Assembly: GCA_963829055.1 (NCBI GenBank)
Contig: CAWHHI010000010.1
Span: 96,001-160,000, forward strand
From: an uncultured Gemmatimonadaceae bacterium
Lineage (GTDB): Bacteria > Gemmatimonadota > Gemmatimonadetes > Gemmatimonadales > Gemmatimonadaceae
Direction: 5' to 3'
DNA: 64,000 nt
The translations under genes were made by a program, and so were the position numbers. The notes under the pieces are model-generated. The model saw only the letters and a list, made by a program, of their open reading frames with translations. It had not been told where the DNA came from and made no database searches. Of this stretch, positions 1 to 13,807 are shown one piece after another (within the stretch, counting starts at the first letter, position 1; every line of letters starts with the position of its first letter).

Positions 1-344
1 TCGGAGCAGATGACGACGTACTTGATTGGCTGCGCCGTCGTCTTCGCGATCCAGTCGACCATCTCCCTCGTCTGCGTCGCGTTCCCCTGCCCGTCCGCGA
101 CGAGAACGCCGTCACTGGTGATCACGATGAGGCTGACCGTGGTCATCTTGCCGCCGGGGTCTCCCCCGCGTAACGCCTCGTACGAGTAGACGCCGGGCGC
201 GAGCTGCCTCGCGCGCGGGAAGTCGCGCTCGGTGAGGCCGCGCTTGGCGACGTCGGCAGTCTGCATCACCTGCGCAAACGACGCATGCGTTGGTGCGCCC
301 ACGAGTGTCAGGCCGAGGATCGTCGTCGTGACGAGTCGCTTCAT
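1..344 (-). CDS. Secreted MBL-fold metallo-hydrolase, N-terminal part (runs off the window)
   Basis: Own translation: MKRLVTTTILGLTLVG signal peptide, then ...TTVSLIVITSDGVLVADGQG...QPIKYVVICS, typical of the segment before the HxHxDH motif. ATG overlaps the upstream TGA (ATGA). Confidence 0.7.
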   Translation of the reverse strand, partial: MKRLVTTTILGLTLVGAPTHASFAQVMQTADVAKRGLTERDFPRARQLAPGVYSYEALRGGDPGGKMTTVSLIVITSDGVLVADGQGNATQTREMVDWIAKTTAQPIKYVVICS

Positions 345-1168
345 ACGCTGATGTGCTGGGTCAGTTGGCGGACATGCCGAGCTCCTTCGTCACGCGCATT
401 TCCGCCGTGTAGCGCAGCTCGGCGAACCGCACGAGGAGGTCCGCCTCGGTCACTCCGCTGCCGCTCGTCTCCTGTGAGGTCGGCGACGATCATCCCGCGG
501 TGCATCATGATCGTCCGATCGCCGAACCGCACCGCGTGATCCATGCTGTGCGTGACCATGAGCGTCGTGAGCGCGTGCGTGCGGACCACGTGGTCGGTCA
601 CGATCATGATCTGCTCCGCGGCGCGCGGGTCGAGCGCCGCGGTGTGCTCGTCCAGCAACAGGAGCTCCGGACGGGTGAGCGTCGCCATCAGGAGCGTCAC
701 CGCCTGCCGCTGCCCGCCGGACAGCGTCCCCATGGACGCTTCCAGTCGCCCCTCGAGCCGCATACCTAACGACTCCAGCCCGGCCCGGTACCGCTCGAGG
801 CACGCGCGGTCGAGGCCCACCCGCAACCCACGTCGCTTCCCGCGCAACTCGGCCATCCGCAGGTTCTCCGCGACCGTCATCGATGGGCAGGTTCCCTTGA
901 ACGGATCCTGAAAGACACGTCCCACCAGCGCAGCACGCCTGTGCTCCGACCAGCGCGTCACATCCGTGTCCGCAATGCGAATCGTGCCGGCGTCGGTGAG
1001 GTAGGTCCCGGCAATGACGTTCAGGATGGTCGACTTCCCCGATCCGTTGCTGCCGATCACGGTGAGGAACTGGCCGGCGGGAATCGTTAGGCTCACACCA
1101 CGGAGCGCGGGGACACGATCTCCACCCGGCTGGTCGAATGTCTTGTCCAGCGAAGCAACCTCGATCAT
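341..1168 (-). CDS. ABC transporter ATP-binding protein (COG1101 type)
   Basis: Walker A GSNGSGKS, signature LSGGQRQ, Walker B LLLLDEHTAALDP, H-loop VTHS. Confidence 0.95.
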   Translation of the reverse strand: MIEVASLDKTFDQPGGDRVPALRGVSLTIPAGQFLTVIGSNGSGKSTILNVIAGTYLTDAGTIRIADTDVTRWSEHRRAALVGRVFQDPFKGTCPSMTVAENLRMAELRGKRRGLRVGLDRACLERYRAGLESLGMRLEGRLEASMGTLSGGQRQAVTLLMATLTRPELLLLDEHTAALDPRAAEQIMIVTDHVVRTHALTTLMVTHSMDHAVRFGDRTIMMHRGMIVADLTGDERQRSDRGGPPRAVRRAALHGGNARDEGARHVRQLTQHISV

Positions 1169-3110
1169 CGCGTCGCCCCCCGGCGTCGGCCAAAGTTCAG
1201 GTTAGGCAGCGCCAGCGTCGCGAGCACGAACGCCGCGGTCGCGAGCTTGAGGTCGATTGGATTGAGGCCGACGCGGAGCGCCACGCCGATCAGGCCGCGA
1301 AAGACGATCGCGCCCACGGCCACCATCGCGATGGTCGCCCCGAGACGCCAGCGCCGAGGCTTGAGCGTCTCGCCGAGGATCACGGCCGCCATGCCGGCGA
1401 CGAGCGTGCCCACGCCCATGGTGACATCGGCGAACCCTTGGTACTGCGCGATCAGCGCGCCCGAAAACGCCACGAGCCCGTTCGCCAGCGCGAGCGCCAG
1501 CTCCACCATGCCGCGCCGGTCGACGCCCTGCGCGATGATCATCGCTGGATTGTCGCCCGCGGCCCGCATCGCCGTGCCGAAGTCCGTGCGCAGAAACCAC
1601 GTGAACCCCACCCCGAGCACGAGCGTGAGCGCGAGGAACACCGCACCGAACGAGAAGTCGTTAGGCCAGGCGGCAGTGGCCGGCAGCATCGCGTGCAGGC
1701 GAGTCGCAACCGTCGCGCGGTCGAGCAGCGAGATGTTGGATCGTCCCATCACGTGCAGGTTGACCGAGTACAGCGCGGTCATCACCAGAATGCCCGCGAG
1801 TAGTTCGGTGACGCGGAGTCGGGTGTGGAGCACGCCGGTGATGTAGCCCGCCACCATTCCGGCGAAGAACGCCACGACCGTCGCCACGAGTGGATCGACG
1901 CCGCCGGCGACCAGCGTTGCAGCCACCGCGGCGCCGAGCGGAAAGCTTCCGTCGGGAGTGATGTCCGGAAAACGCAGCACCCGCGACGCGATGTAGACTC
2001 CCCATGCGAGCGGAGCAAACGCGAGACCGAGCACCAGCGCGGATAACCAGAATTCCCATGCTGCCGCCGTGCGGTTGCCATCACCGGAGCGCGCGGCCGG
2101 CCTCGGCGCGACGTATCCGACGGTGTCTCCTCCGCGCTTGAGAGGGATGACGGTCGTTGCGCGCGCAATGACTTCCGGCGGAATCGTGACGCCGAAATCG
2201 GCGGCCGCACCGAGATCGACGATCATCTGCGGATTCGCCGAGACGCGAAACGGGATGTTCGCTGGACTCTCGCCACGGATCACGCGAATCATGATCAGCC
2301 CCTGCGCGTACCCGTTGTCGTAAAAGCTCGCGCCGAGCGAGAGCGGCGCACCGACGAATCCGGTGTTGGCAGAGACGACGGGGATGCCCAGCTCGCGCGC
2401 CTGTTTGACGAGCGCCGGAAAGCCGCCGCCGATCATGATGCTCGGGATCTGCATGATCCCACCGGCTCCCTGCGCGCGGAGCGCCTGGACTCCCGTCGCA
2501 ATGTCCTGCGGACTGGTGCAGGCAACGGTCAGGAACCGGATACCGAGTTGTTGTGCCTTCCGCTTGGCCATGTTGACGTAATGCTCGGCAAACGGATCGG
2601 CGGGATCGAACAGCGTGCCCCAGACTTTCGCGGCCGGGAACGTCGAGATCGCGACGGACAGCGCCGAATCGACGGGGAGCGGGATCTCGGCACCGGTGAC
2701 GTTAGGCCGATGTGCCGTGGGGCTCGTGCCAGCGCTGATGATGTAGGGGTTGGCGACCGAGCCGAAGACGATTGGCCGGTCGGTGATGACCTTCATCGCC
2801 GTCTGCGTCGCGACCGATGACATCGTGGCGACCTGCGTGACGCCCTGCTGCAGGAACTCGCGCATGATGAGCGACAGCGTCGGGATGTCGCCCTGGGCGT
2901 TGCGCTCGATGAACGTGATGTTGACGTCGCGGACGAAGCCCGAGTCGGCGAGCGCCTTGTAGAAGCCTTCGCGCGCCGCGTCGAGCTGAGCGACCGAGGA
3001 CACCTGGACGACGCCGACGATCGGTCGTCCGGCGTGTCCGTCGTCGCGGCAGCTCGCGAGAGCGGGATGATGCAAACGAGCCTCAGTGAGACCGCGGCAA
3101 GCGGCTTCAT
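1165..3110 (-). CDS. Fused ABC substrate-binding protein (ABC_sub_bind/COG2984) and permease (COG4120 type). Likely true start ATG 3110, with an indel in the signal peptide.
   Basis: Lipobox LASC; binding-domain motifs ERNAQGD, PIVFGSVANP, NVTG; permease motifs FPDITPDGSFPLG, LLAGILVMTALYSVNL, QYQGFADVTMGVG. Confidence 0.88.
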
Positions 3111-3404
3111 CACGCTATCGGGCGCCGAAACGATTCGTCGAAGGACGCTGCATGCGCGGGATCGAGGCCGAGCGGCTGTGTCATGTTCGCGGAGCTTCGG
3201 GGCGTCGATGGGTGCGGCGTTGGTGGGAGGCGCCGGCAAACCTACGAACGAGCCCGGTAAACTCGCGAGCAGGGCGCTCTCGTAGGTCCAATCCGATCGG
3301 ATCGGACGACTTCTCATCCCTGCGCACCCAGTTTCTGGCCGTTCACCAGGGCGACCCAGTCGCCGACCGAGATTCGCCAACGACCACGAGATAGTGAGGC
3401 ATCC

Positions 3405-4223
3405 ATGACGTATAGAAATCTGACCACCGCGGGCGTAGTGCTAGGCATCGCCCTGCATCCGGACAGCGGCGGCGGCGCAGACCGCCGGTCAACCGCAGCT
3501 CCATGTCAATCCGGAATGGAAGGAGTGCTCGTTCCAGCTGAGCCCCTCGCTGACCCAGACGGCGTGGCGTCAGTTCACGCAGGAGGCCGGCCTCGTCGCG
3601 TACTTCCGTCCCCTGTCCAATGCGCGGCCAATGGGCAAAGGGCATTTCGAGCTATCAATGCTCCAGTGGAAGACCGGTATCGACGCCAAGGACGCTGCGT
3701 GGAACGACACCTTCGTCCATCCCGACTCGGCGCATTGGCTGTTCGAGGGCGAGGGGCTCAAGTTCCCGGGCGTCATGGCTCGGGCGGGCGTCGGCGACGA
3801 CACGGACGTGGGCGTCTATTTCACCAAGAGCCCCGGCGCGAACTACGGGTTCTACGCCGCCCAGGCGCAGCACTCCATCGTCAACAACCCGGCCCGAGCC
3901 TGGGCCGCGGCGGCGCGCCTGAACTTCATGTCCTTGTACGGGCCCGACGACCTCGACTTGAGGGTGTACGGCGTGGACCTGGTCGCGAGCCGGAAGTTCG
4001 CGATCACTAGCTGGGCGGCAGTGTCGCCCTATGTCGGGGGTTCCACGTACCTCTCGACCTCGCACGAGAAGTCGGCCGTGGTGCGGATCTCGATGATGAA
4101 CACGTGCTCGGCACACAGGCGATGGTCGGCGCCACGCTCCAGGTGTCCACGGCCCGACTCGGCGTGGAGTACAACGCGGCGAAGGTAAGCTCGTTCTCGC
4201 TCAAGGTGGGCATCGGGGGATGA
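3405..4223 (+). CDS. Hypothetical exported protein, possibly an outer-membrane beta-barrel (frameshifted)
   Basis: Signal-like N-terminus. Coding continues across frames (QEAGLVAYFRPL...WNDTFVHPDSAHWLFEG...SPYVGG...SFSLKVGIGG*), with alternating amphipathic strands. Confidence 0.55.
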
Positions 4224-4369
4224 CTCTTGTCGACATTCTACCAGAGTATTGCGCCCTTCTAGTAGAATGTCAACCAGAGGGCCGGATTCGCCGGGCTCAC
4301 TGGCGCTTGAAACGATCACTCCGACGCTGTCGTACCCCCAGACAGTCCTCGAGTCCCCGGAGACCCGCC

Positions 4370-6820
4370 GTGCCTTCTCTCGTCAGCGATGTCCGCATCG
4401 CGATTCGCCGCGCCCGAAAGCGTCCCGGCTTCACCGTCGTTGCGCTGCTTTCATTGATGCTCGGTATCGGCGCCAACACGGCGGTGTTCAGCCTCGTGAA
4501 CGCGATCCTGCTCCGACACACTCCGGTCCCGCATCCCGAGCAGATCGCCGAAGTCTATCAACGACAGAGCGATTTTCCCTTCGCGCCGTTCTCGTACCCG
4601 GACTACGTCGACTTCCGCCGCGCCTCGGCAGGCACGTTCTCCGAAATCTCCATCTCGCAATTCTCCATCGCCGCGCTCGACGCCGGCGATCACGTCGAGT
4701 CGCTCACCGCGGAGCTGGTGAACGGCGATTACTTCCCGCTACTCGGCCTTCGCGCGCAGGTCGGCCGGCTGCTTGGCCCCGAGGACGACGTGGCACCTGG
4801 AGCGCACCCGGTTGTCGTTCTCTCGCACGACTACTGGCAGCGCGCGTTCGCCAGCGAGCCGACCGTTGTCGGACGCAAGATGCGGCTCGCGGGCCGCGAG
4901 TACACGATCATCGGCGTCGCCCCGGGCACGTACACCGGGACGATCAGCGGCATCGTGCCGGCCGTATTCGCGCCGATCATGATGGTCAACCAGCTACAGC
5001 CGGACGTCCGCGATCAGCTCGCGCAGCGCGGCACTCACTCGGCGTTCCTCAAGGCGCGCCTGGCGCCGGGCGCATCGATCGTGAACGCACGTGGAGTCGC
5101 CGAGCGGTTCACGGCGGATATGGCGAAGCGCTACCCATCGAACTGGCCGGATGGCACGTCGCTGGTCGTGATTCCGATGAAGGACATCGCCGTCAACCCA
5201 CTGGTCGACTCCGTCGTCGTACCTGCGGCGGCGGCCCTGATGGTCGTCGTCGGACTGGTCCTGCTCGTCGCGTGCGCAAATCTCGCGAGCTTTCTCCTGG
5301 CGCAGGCGCGCGATCGGCGGAAGGAAGTCGCCATTCGACTCGCGATCGGCGCGAAGCGGAGTGCGCTCGTCCGACAGTTCCTCGTCGAGTCGTTGCTGCT
5401 CGCCGCTGTCGGTGGTGTGCTCGGCGTCGTGCTGTCCGGCATCGCGCTGCGCATGCTGTTGCGCGCGGACCTGCCGGTACCGATCCCGATCACGCTCGAT
5501 GTCTCGGTCGATTGGCGCGTGCTCGCCTTCGCGTTAGGCGCGTCAGCCGTCGCCGGCGTGTTGTTCGGGTTGCTGCCCGCACTGCAAGCGACCCGTGCGA
5601 CGGTCGTCGAGACGATCAAGAACGAGAACGCCAGCGGTGGCCCGTCGCACAGGTTCACCGTTCGCAATGCGCTCGTCGTTGGACAGGTGGCGGTGTCGCT
5701 GTCATTGCTCATCACAGCGCTCCTGTTTCTCCGCAGCCTCCAGGCGCGTGCGAAGGTCGATCCGGGGTTCGGTACCGCGCCGGCGGGCATGCTCTGGCTC
5801 GCGATTCCGGCCGATCGGTATGACTCGACGCGACGCCAGCTACTGCTCGATGACATTGAACGGCGCATGGCCCGAATCCCGGGCGTCGTGACAGTCGGCG
5901 CGACGGACAACATTCTGCTCAGTTCGATCAGCCAGCAGTCAAAACGCATTCGCGTGCCTGGTGTCACGCCTCCCAAAGGCAAGGATGCGTTCGACGTCGA
6001 TTTCTCCGCCGCCGACTCCGGATATCTCGGAGCGATCGGTGTGTCGGTGATCAGCGGTCGAGGGATCACTGCCGCCGACAGTCGGAGCGCGCCCAAGGTG
6101 GCCGTCATCAACGAAGCGATGGCGCGGCAGTTCTGGCCAGGCAAAGAGGCGATCGGCCAAACCTTCAACACCGATTCGAGCGTGTACCGCGTCGTCGGCA
6201 TCACGCGGACGACGAAGGTTCGCTCGCTCGGCGAGGAGCCACGGCCGTTCATCATCACGTCGTACGCGCAGGAGTTTTCGGCGACGCCGATGATCATCGC
6301 GCGCACCAACGGCGACGCCGATCGCGTCGCGACGCAGATGCTCGCGACGCTTCGTGAGATCGACCCCGGCCTGATGGCGATTCAGGTCAAGACGATGTCA
6401 CGCCACCTTGCCGCAATGCTGCTCCCCGCGCGGCTGGGCGCAATCGCGTTCACGCTCTTCGCGGGGCTCGCGCTCGCGCTGGCCGTTCTCGGCGTCTACG
6501 GCGTGGTCAGCTACGCCGTGGCGCGACGCACACGCGAGGTCGGTATTCGGCTGGCCGTAGGCGCGCAGCCGCACGCCCTCGTGAGACTTCTCATGCGCGA
6601 AGGCGTCGGCCTCGTGACCGCCGGCATTGTGCTCGGACTGCTGCTCGGCTTCGGCAGCGCTCAGGTTCTCGGTTCACTGCTGTATGGCATCGGGGCGGTG
6701 GACCCGCTCACGTTCGTCGGCGCTCCAGTATTGCTGATGCTCGTCGGGGCACTCGCTGCTTTTCTGCCAGCTCGCCGAGCGAGTCGCGTCGATCCAGCGA
6801 GCGTGCTTCGCGCGGAGTGA
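4370..6820 (+). CDS. ADOP/MacB-like duplicated ABC permease (MacB_PCD + FtsX domains)
   Basis: RPGFTVVALLSLMLGIGANTAVFS, LLVACANLASFLLA, RRTREVGIRLAVGA, PARRASRVDP; GTG at 4370 after GGAG. Confidence 0.93.
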   Translation: MPSLVSDVRIAIRRARKRPGFTVVALLSLMLGIGANTAVFSLVNAILLRHTPVPHPEQIAEVYQRQSDFPFAPFSYPDYVDFRRASAGTFSEISISQFSIAALDAGDHVESLTAELVNGDYFPLLGLRAQVGRLLGPEDDVAPGAHPVVVLSHDYWQRAFASEPTVVGRKMRLAGREYTIIGVAPGTYTGTISGIVPAVFAPIMMVNQLQPDVRDQLAQRGTHSAFLKARLAPGASIVNARGVAERFTADMAKRYPSNWPDGTSLVVIPMKDIAVNPLVDSVVVPAAAALMVVVGLVLLVACANLASFLLAQARDRRKEVAIRLAIGAKRSALVRQFLVESLLLAAVGGVLGVVLSGIALRMLLRADLPVPIPITLDVSVDWRVLAFALGASAVAGVLFGLLPALQATRATVVETIKNENASGGPSHRFTVRNALVVGQVAVSLSLLITALLFLRSLQARAKVDPGFGTAPAGMLWLAIPADRYDSTRRQLLLDDIERRMARIPGVVTVGATDNILLSSISQQSKRIRVPGVTPPKGKDAFDVDFSAADSGYLGAIGVSVISGRGITAADSRSAPKVAVINEAMARQFWPGKEAIGQTFNTDSSVYRVVGITRTTKVRSLGEEPRPFIITSYAQEFSATPMIIARTNGDADRVATQMLATLREIDPGLMAIQVKTMSRHLAAMLLPARLGAIAFTLFAGLALALAVLGVYGVVSYAVARRTREVGIRLAVGAQPHALVRLLMREGVGLVTAGIVLGLLLGFGSAQVLGSLLYGIGAVDPLTFVGAPVLLMLVGALAAFLPARRASRVDPASVLRAE

Positions 6821-6873
6821 TGCCGCGAGGCGCGCGCCGCGTGTGGCGGCGCCTCCAAGGGCTGGCGCTTTCT

Positions 6874-9800
6874 TCATTGGCGTTCGCGGCGACGCAGCGC
6901 GTCGAGATCCTCGCGCTCCTGCACCCAGAACGGCTTCGGAAACTTGCGCGCCGACGGCCAGACGCGATCGAGCGTCGCCGCCTCGAACAGCTCGCCGTTC
7001 TTCATCACGTATTTGATCGAGGTCGAGTTGCGGATGTTCTCGAGCGGATTCGCGTCGAGCACCTGCAGGTCGGCCAGCTTGCCCGGCTCGATCGAGCCCA
7101 GGTCGGCGCCATAGCCGATCGACTCCGCGCCGTAGATCGTCGCGATGCGGAGCGCTTCCATCGGCGTCATGTCGCCGCTCTGGAGCATCCACAGCTCCCA
7201 GTGCGCGCCGATGCCGTCCTGCTGCCCGTGCGATCCGAGGCCAGCGCGGCCGCCGGCGCGAACCACGTCGCGCACGCCACGGGCGATCGCCGGGAAGTTG
7301 TAATCCTCTTCCACGATCAACGGGCGACGACGTGCCTGACGCTGGAGCACGTCCGCGGGGGTGAAGAACGATGTCTTCGGGTCGGTGTCGAGGTCCGTTC
7401 GCGCGCGCCAGTACGTGTCGCCTCCCGGCGCCCCGTACGCCACCACGAGGGTCGGCGTCCACACGATCTTCGACTCGGCGAGGACGGTGACGACGTCCTT
7501 GTAGAGCGGTACCTGGCCGATCGAGTGCTCGAGCGCGGTGTAGCCGTCGAGCGCCATGGTGATATCGGCCTTGAGATCCGCCGCGCCCTCGTTGGTCGCG
7601 TTGATCCCCTCGGCCAGCGCCGCCTGCAGGATCCACTGCCGCTGGATGCGGCGCGGCTGCAAATATTGCTTCAACGAGTTCACGCCCTGCGCCTTGTAGC
7701 GCCTAACGATCTTGAGCGCGTCGTCGTAGCTCTTGATCGGCGCGTTGTTGCTCGTGAGCGGGAAGCCGGTGGCGTAGATGCGTGAGCCGACCATCTCGCC
7801 GGCGTCGATCAACTCGCCCCACGCCACGTTCCAGCGCGTGCCGCTCGGGTTGCGCGTGGTGGTGACGCCGTACGCGAGGTTCGACGCGATCGACCACTCC
7901 TGTTCCTCGGGCATCTCGCGGCCCGTCTTCGGGTGCGCGTGGACGTCCACGTAACCCGGGATGATCGTCTTGCCAGTGACGTCGATCACGCGTGCGCCCG
8001 CGGGCGGCGTTAGGCTTGGGCCCACCTGCGCGATGCGGTCGTTCGTCACGAGCACGTCGCCCTTCTCGATGACCTCGTCGCCGCGCATGGTGACGACGCG
8101 CGCGCCGCGAAGCAGCACGCTGCCCTGCGGAACGGCGCGCGGCACCGTGAGCGAGACGACCGCGTGCGTGGTCCCCCACTTCGTCGCGTCGGCGTACTTG
8201 AGGATCGAGTCGGTCGGGGCGCGGTAGATGTGATTGGCGAACGACCAGACGATGGTGCGCCCACCGTCCCCCCAGTCGGCGTAGTTCGCGCCCTCGGTCG
8301 TCAGGCGACGGAGCGGCACCGTCGGCGACGCGAAGTTCACCGTCAGCCCCTCGCTCCCCACGTCGGTGAGCGGGAAGGCGTAGACGTCGTCCCGATCGAG
8401 GACGATGACGCCGCGCCCGTCCGGGGCGACCCGGGCCGTGATGCCGATCGCCTGGCTCGTCGTGATTTTGGCGTGCGTGCGCTTGTCGGATCCGTCGAGC
8501 CGCACCGACACGAGCGCCGTCGTCTGCGTGGCGCTGAAGCCCGGAGTCGCGTTAGGCACGACTTCGGTGTAGTAGACCCGCGCCAGCGCGCCGTTCGTCG
8601 CGGCGGTGACGCCGGCCGGTCCCGTCGTCCCGCCAGACCCGCCGCTCGCCGAGGTGATGCGGGCGGCCGCGCCGCCGTTCGCGCCGACGACGCGCAGCTC
8701 CCCCATCGCGGCGACCCCACCGCCGTCCACCCCCGCCTGGCGTGGTGAGGCGGCGAACACGATCCGGTCGCCTTCCGGCGTCCATCGGGGCCACGACACC
8801 CATGCCCCGTCATTCGTCAGGCGCACCGGCTGGCCGGCGCCGTCGGCGCGCGCCTTCCAGATCGCCCCGCCCGCCGAATCGGACCAGGACGCAAACGCGA
8901 CCCAGCGCCCGTCGGGGGAGAAGCTCGGGTAGTACTCTCGCCCGGTCGCGTTCGTGATCCGGCGCGGCGCGCCAAACGCCAACCCGTCGCGCGTCGCGAC
9001 GTACACCTTCCCGACGGCCGAGAACGCGATCCGCCGCGCGTCCGGCGACTCGGCCACCGTGACGAGCTGGGTCACCTGGACCGGCGCGTCGCTTGCCTTG
9101 AGCGGCACGAAGAGGTGCTGGCCAAGTCCCACCTCCACGTTCGCGGAGAACGGGATCACGCTGACCTGGCGCGTCGCGAGGTCCACCCGCTTGATCTTGC
9201 CGCCGCCGTAGAAGACGACGCTCTTCGAGTCCGGCGTGAACGCGTAGCCGGGGAAGACGTCGTTAGGCGCGTAGCCCTCGGCGTCGTCGCGCTGCGTCTC
9301 GCCGACGAGCCAATGGTCCTCCTGCGTCGTGAGATCGCGGACGCGGAGGGCGGTCTTCGTGCCCGCGCGCGTCGCGTAGACCAGCCATCGGCCGTCGCGG
9401 GACGTGACCGGCCGGTACGCGCCGCCGGAGCTCGCGGTGAGCGCGGTCTCGGTGCCGCGCTCGCGGTCGAAGGCGATGATCTGGTAGGCGGCGAAGTTCT
9501 CGCCGGTGTAGCCGCCGGGATGCGAGCCGAAGTACACCGTGCGGCCGTCCGCGGAGAAGGCGGCGCCGGTGTTCGTCGTCTTTCGCGTCGCGACCGACGG
9601 AAAGAGCTGCACGCCGTTACCGCCACCCACGTGGTAGAGCCAGAGCGGGACGTTCGTGAGGTAGTTCTCCTCCGTCGGGTACGCGCCGAAGCGGCGGACC
9701 ACGACGTATTGCCCGTCGGGAGACCAGCTCGGCGACGACAGCGCGTTGTCGACTTCCTTCGTGATCCTGCGCGCGCCCGTGCCGTCGGCGTTCACGAGCC

Positions 9801-10158
9801 ACAGGTTGTCGCCGCCGTCGCGGTCCGAGATGAAGGCTATCGTGCGGCCGTCCGGGCTCCAGCGCGGCATGCAGTCCCACGCCGTTCCAGTCGTGAGGCG
9901 TGTGGCGGTGCCGCCGGCGATCGGAATGGTGTAGAGGTCACCGAGGATGTCGAAGACGATCGTCTTCCCATCGGGCGAGACGTCCAGCGAGATCCACGTC
10001 GCTTCGTCGGTGGTGAAGCGGACGGTCCGAACCGACTTGATCGGAAGGGAGAGCGCGGTGTCGTTCGCGGCGGCGGTGGGTTGCTGCGCGGCCGCAGGCG
10101 TGGGGAACGACGCGCCGAGCGTGAGCGCGGCGAGAGCGGCGAGGCGGCGAGGCGACAT
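6874..10158 (-). CDS. Secreted amidohydrolase with N-terminal PD40/TolB-like beta-propeller
   Basis: Signal peptide; repeated WSPDG/FSPDG; PGYVDVHAH metal motif; GSIEPGKLADL. Confidence 0.92.
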   Translation of the reverse strand: MSPRRLAALAALTLGASFPTPAAAQQPTAAANDTALSLPIKSVRTVRFTTDEATWISLDVSPDGKTIVFDILGDLYTIPIAGGTATRLTTGTAWDCMPRWSPDGRTIAFISDRDGGDNLWLVNADGTGARRITKEVDNALSSPSWSPDGQYVVVRRFGAYPTEENYLTNVPLWLYHVGGGNGVQLFPSVATRKTTNTGAAFSADGRTVYFGSHPGGYTGENFAAYQIIAFDRERGTETALTASSGGAYRPVTSRDGRWLVYATRAGTKTALRVRDLTTQEDHWLVGETQRDDAEGYAPNDVFPGYAFTPDSKSVVFYGGGKIKRVDLATRQVSVIPFSANVEVGLGQHLFVPLKASDAPVQVTQLVTVAESPDARRIAFSAVGKVYVATRDGLAFGAPRRITNATGREYYPSFSPDGRWVAFASWSDSAGGAIWKARADGAGQPVRLTNDGAWVSWPRWTPEGDRIVFAASPRQAGVDGGGVAAMGELRVVGANGGAAARITSASGGSGGTTGPAGVTAATNGALARVYYTEVVPNATPGFSATQTTALVSVRLDGSDKRTHAKITTSQAIGITARVAPDGRGVIVLDRDDVYAFPLTDVGSEGLTVNFASPTVPLRRLTTEGANYADWGDGGRTIVWSFANHIYRAPTDSILKYADATKWGTTHAVVSLTVPRAVPQGSVLLRGARVVTMRGDEVIEKGDVLVTNDRIAQVGPSLTPPAGARVIDVTGKTIIPGYVDVHAHPKTGREMPEEQEWSIASNLAYGVTTTRNPSGTRWNVAWGELIDAGEMVGSRIYATGFPLTSNNAPIKSYDDALKIVRRYKAQGVNSLKQYLQPRRIQRQWILQAALAEGINATNEGAADLKADITMALDGYTALEHSIGQVPLYKDVVTVLAESKIVWTPTLVVAYGAPGGDTYWRARTDLDTDPKTSFFTPADVLQRQARRRPLIVEEDYNFPAIARGVRDVVRAGGRAGLGSHGQQDGIGAHWELWMLQSGDMTPMEALRIATIYGAESIGYGADLGSIEPGKLADLQVLDANPLENIRNSTSIKYVMKNGELFEAATLDRVWPSARKFPKPFWVQEREDLDALRRRERQ

Positions 10159-10290
10159 GGTGTCGGGTTCTCTAGAAGAAGGCTCTGTGCAATCGAACCG
10201 CGCGCAATACATCGGACAGTGGGTCCATTCCCAAATTTTCCAGCGCGCTATCCGAGTCGGCAAGGTGGCCGGACCCTCGCGGCACCGTCG

Positions 10291-10764
10291 CTATCGTGGC
10301 GGAAGCGGGATGCGGAGCCCGAGCGTATACACGGCGGCCTCCGCCCCGATCGGCGCATACGTCAGGCGCACGCTCGACGTATCGAAGTACGCATCGCCAG
10401 TTATCGCCCGAGGATACTTCGCGGCCGTGGCGCCCATGTACACGACGATGGTCCCGGTGTCCGGAGAAACCGGTGCGGGCCCCTCGCGGCGATGCACCGT
10501 CACGGAGAACCGACCGAGTGAGTCCACGTCGATCGCCACCGTGCGACACCCGCACTGCGGCGTGACTCGCACGACACCCGTCACGCCATCCAACCCCAAG
10601 CCGTCGGGCCCGACGACAGTTCCGTTGACCACCGCGCAGCCGAACGAGGGACTTCCGTCCGCCGGCCGGTCGCAGCGAACCGGGCCCGATACCGTGGGCG
10701 AGGTCTCGCTGAAGCAGCCGGCGATGATGACTACGAATACCATCACCACTGCCATCGATCGCAC
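10291..10764 (-). CDS. Hypothetical lipoprotein
   Basis: Hydrophobic stretch plus lipobox IIAGC; beta-rich body with Cys pairs. Confidence 0.55.
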   Translation of the reverse strand: MRSMAVVMVFVVIIAGCFSETSPTVSGPVRCDRPADGSPSFGCAVVNGTVVGPDGLGLDGVTGVVRVTPQCGCRTVAIDVDSLGRFSVTVHRREGPAPVSPDTGTIVVYMGATAAKYPRAITGDAYFDTSSVRLTYAPIGAEAAVYTLGLRIPLPPR

Positions 10765-11070
10765 CTGACGAGTCCTTCCGATGTTCAGTCGCAATTCATC
10801 ATCGTCCCTGTGGGAACAGGAACTATACCGCGCGTTGTCCGCTGCCCCGCACCCGGCGCCACATACCTCCGCGAATTTCAGGGAAGCGGCGCCTGGTCGA
10901 GCGCCGCGCCGCGACGAAGCGATCTCGGCCGGTCCTCTCGCGCGGGCATCGCCTAACGCGGAGCCGCTACGCGCTGTCGGCGTGCGAGCAGGCGATGGTG
11001 CTCTGGCAGAACGAGCCACGGCGGATACAATATCCTCCTGGAGCACGCCAACTCCCACGGAGCTTGTACC

Positions 11071-13415
<2,345 letters not shown>

Positions 13416-13441
13416 TCCACGGGCAGGAGAAAAAGTCCACT

Positions 13442-13798
13442 ATGTCCTCGACCCAGAAAGTGTTCGAGCACCATCTCGCGTGCTTCGCCGCTGGGGACCT
13501 CGAAGGTACGCTCAGCGATTATACCGAGCAGTCCGTGTTGATGACCCCGCTGGGTGCAATTCGCGGTCTCCCGGAGATCCGGAAGTTTTTCGAGGTCGCC
13601 TACGCCGAGTTCAGGGAGCCTGGGACCCAGTTCACGACGCATCTGATGCTGGTGGAGGGAGACTGCGCGTTCATCGCGTGGGACGCCGAAACGAGCGCCA
13701 ACAAGTACGAAGGAGCGTGCGATACCTTCATCATCCGCGACGGTCGGATCGCGGTGCAGACCTTCTCGGCAAAGGTGACGCCCAAACGCGCGACCTGA
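13442..13798 (+). CDS. SnoaL/NTF2-like protein
   Basis: Own RBS (CAGGAG) before the [20 protein letters not shown]...[15 protein letters not shown]. Confidence 0.8.
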   Translation: MSSTQKVFEHHLACFAAGDLEGTLSDYTEQSVLMTPLGAIRGLPEIRKFFEVAYAEFREPGTQFTTHLMLVEGDCAFIAWDAETSANKYEGACDTFIIRDGRIAVQTFSAKVTPKRAT

Positions 13799-13807
13799 CG
13801 CATCAGA

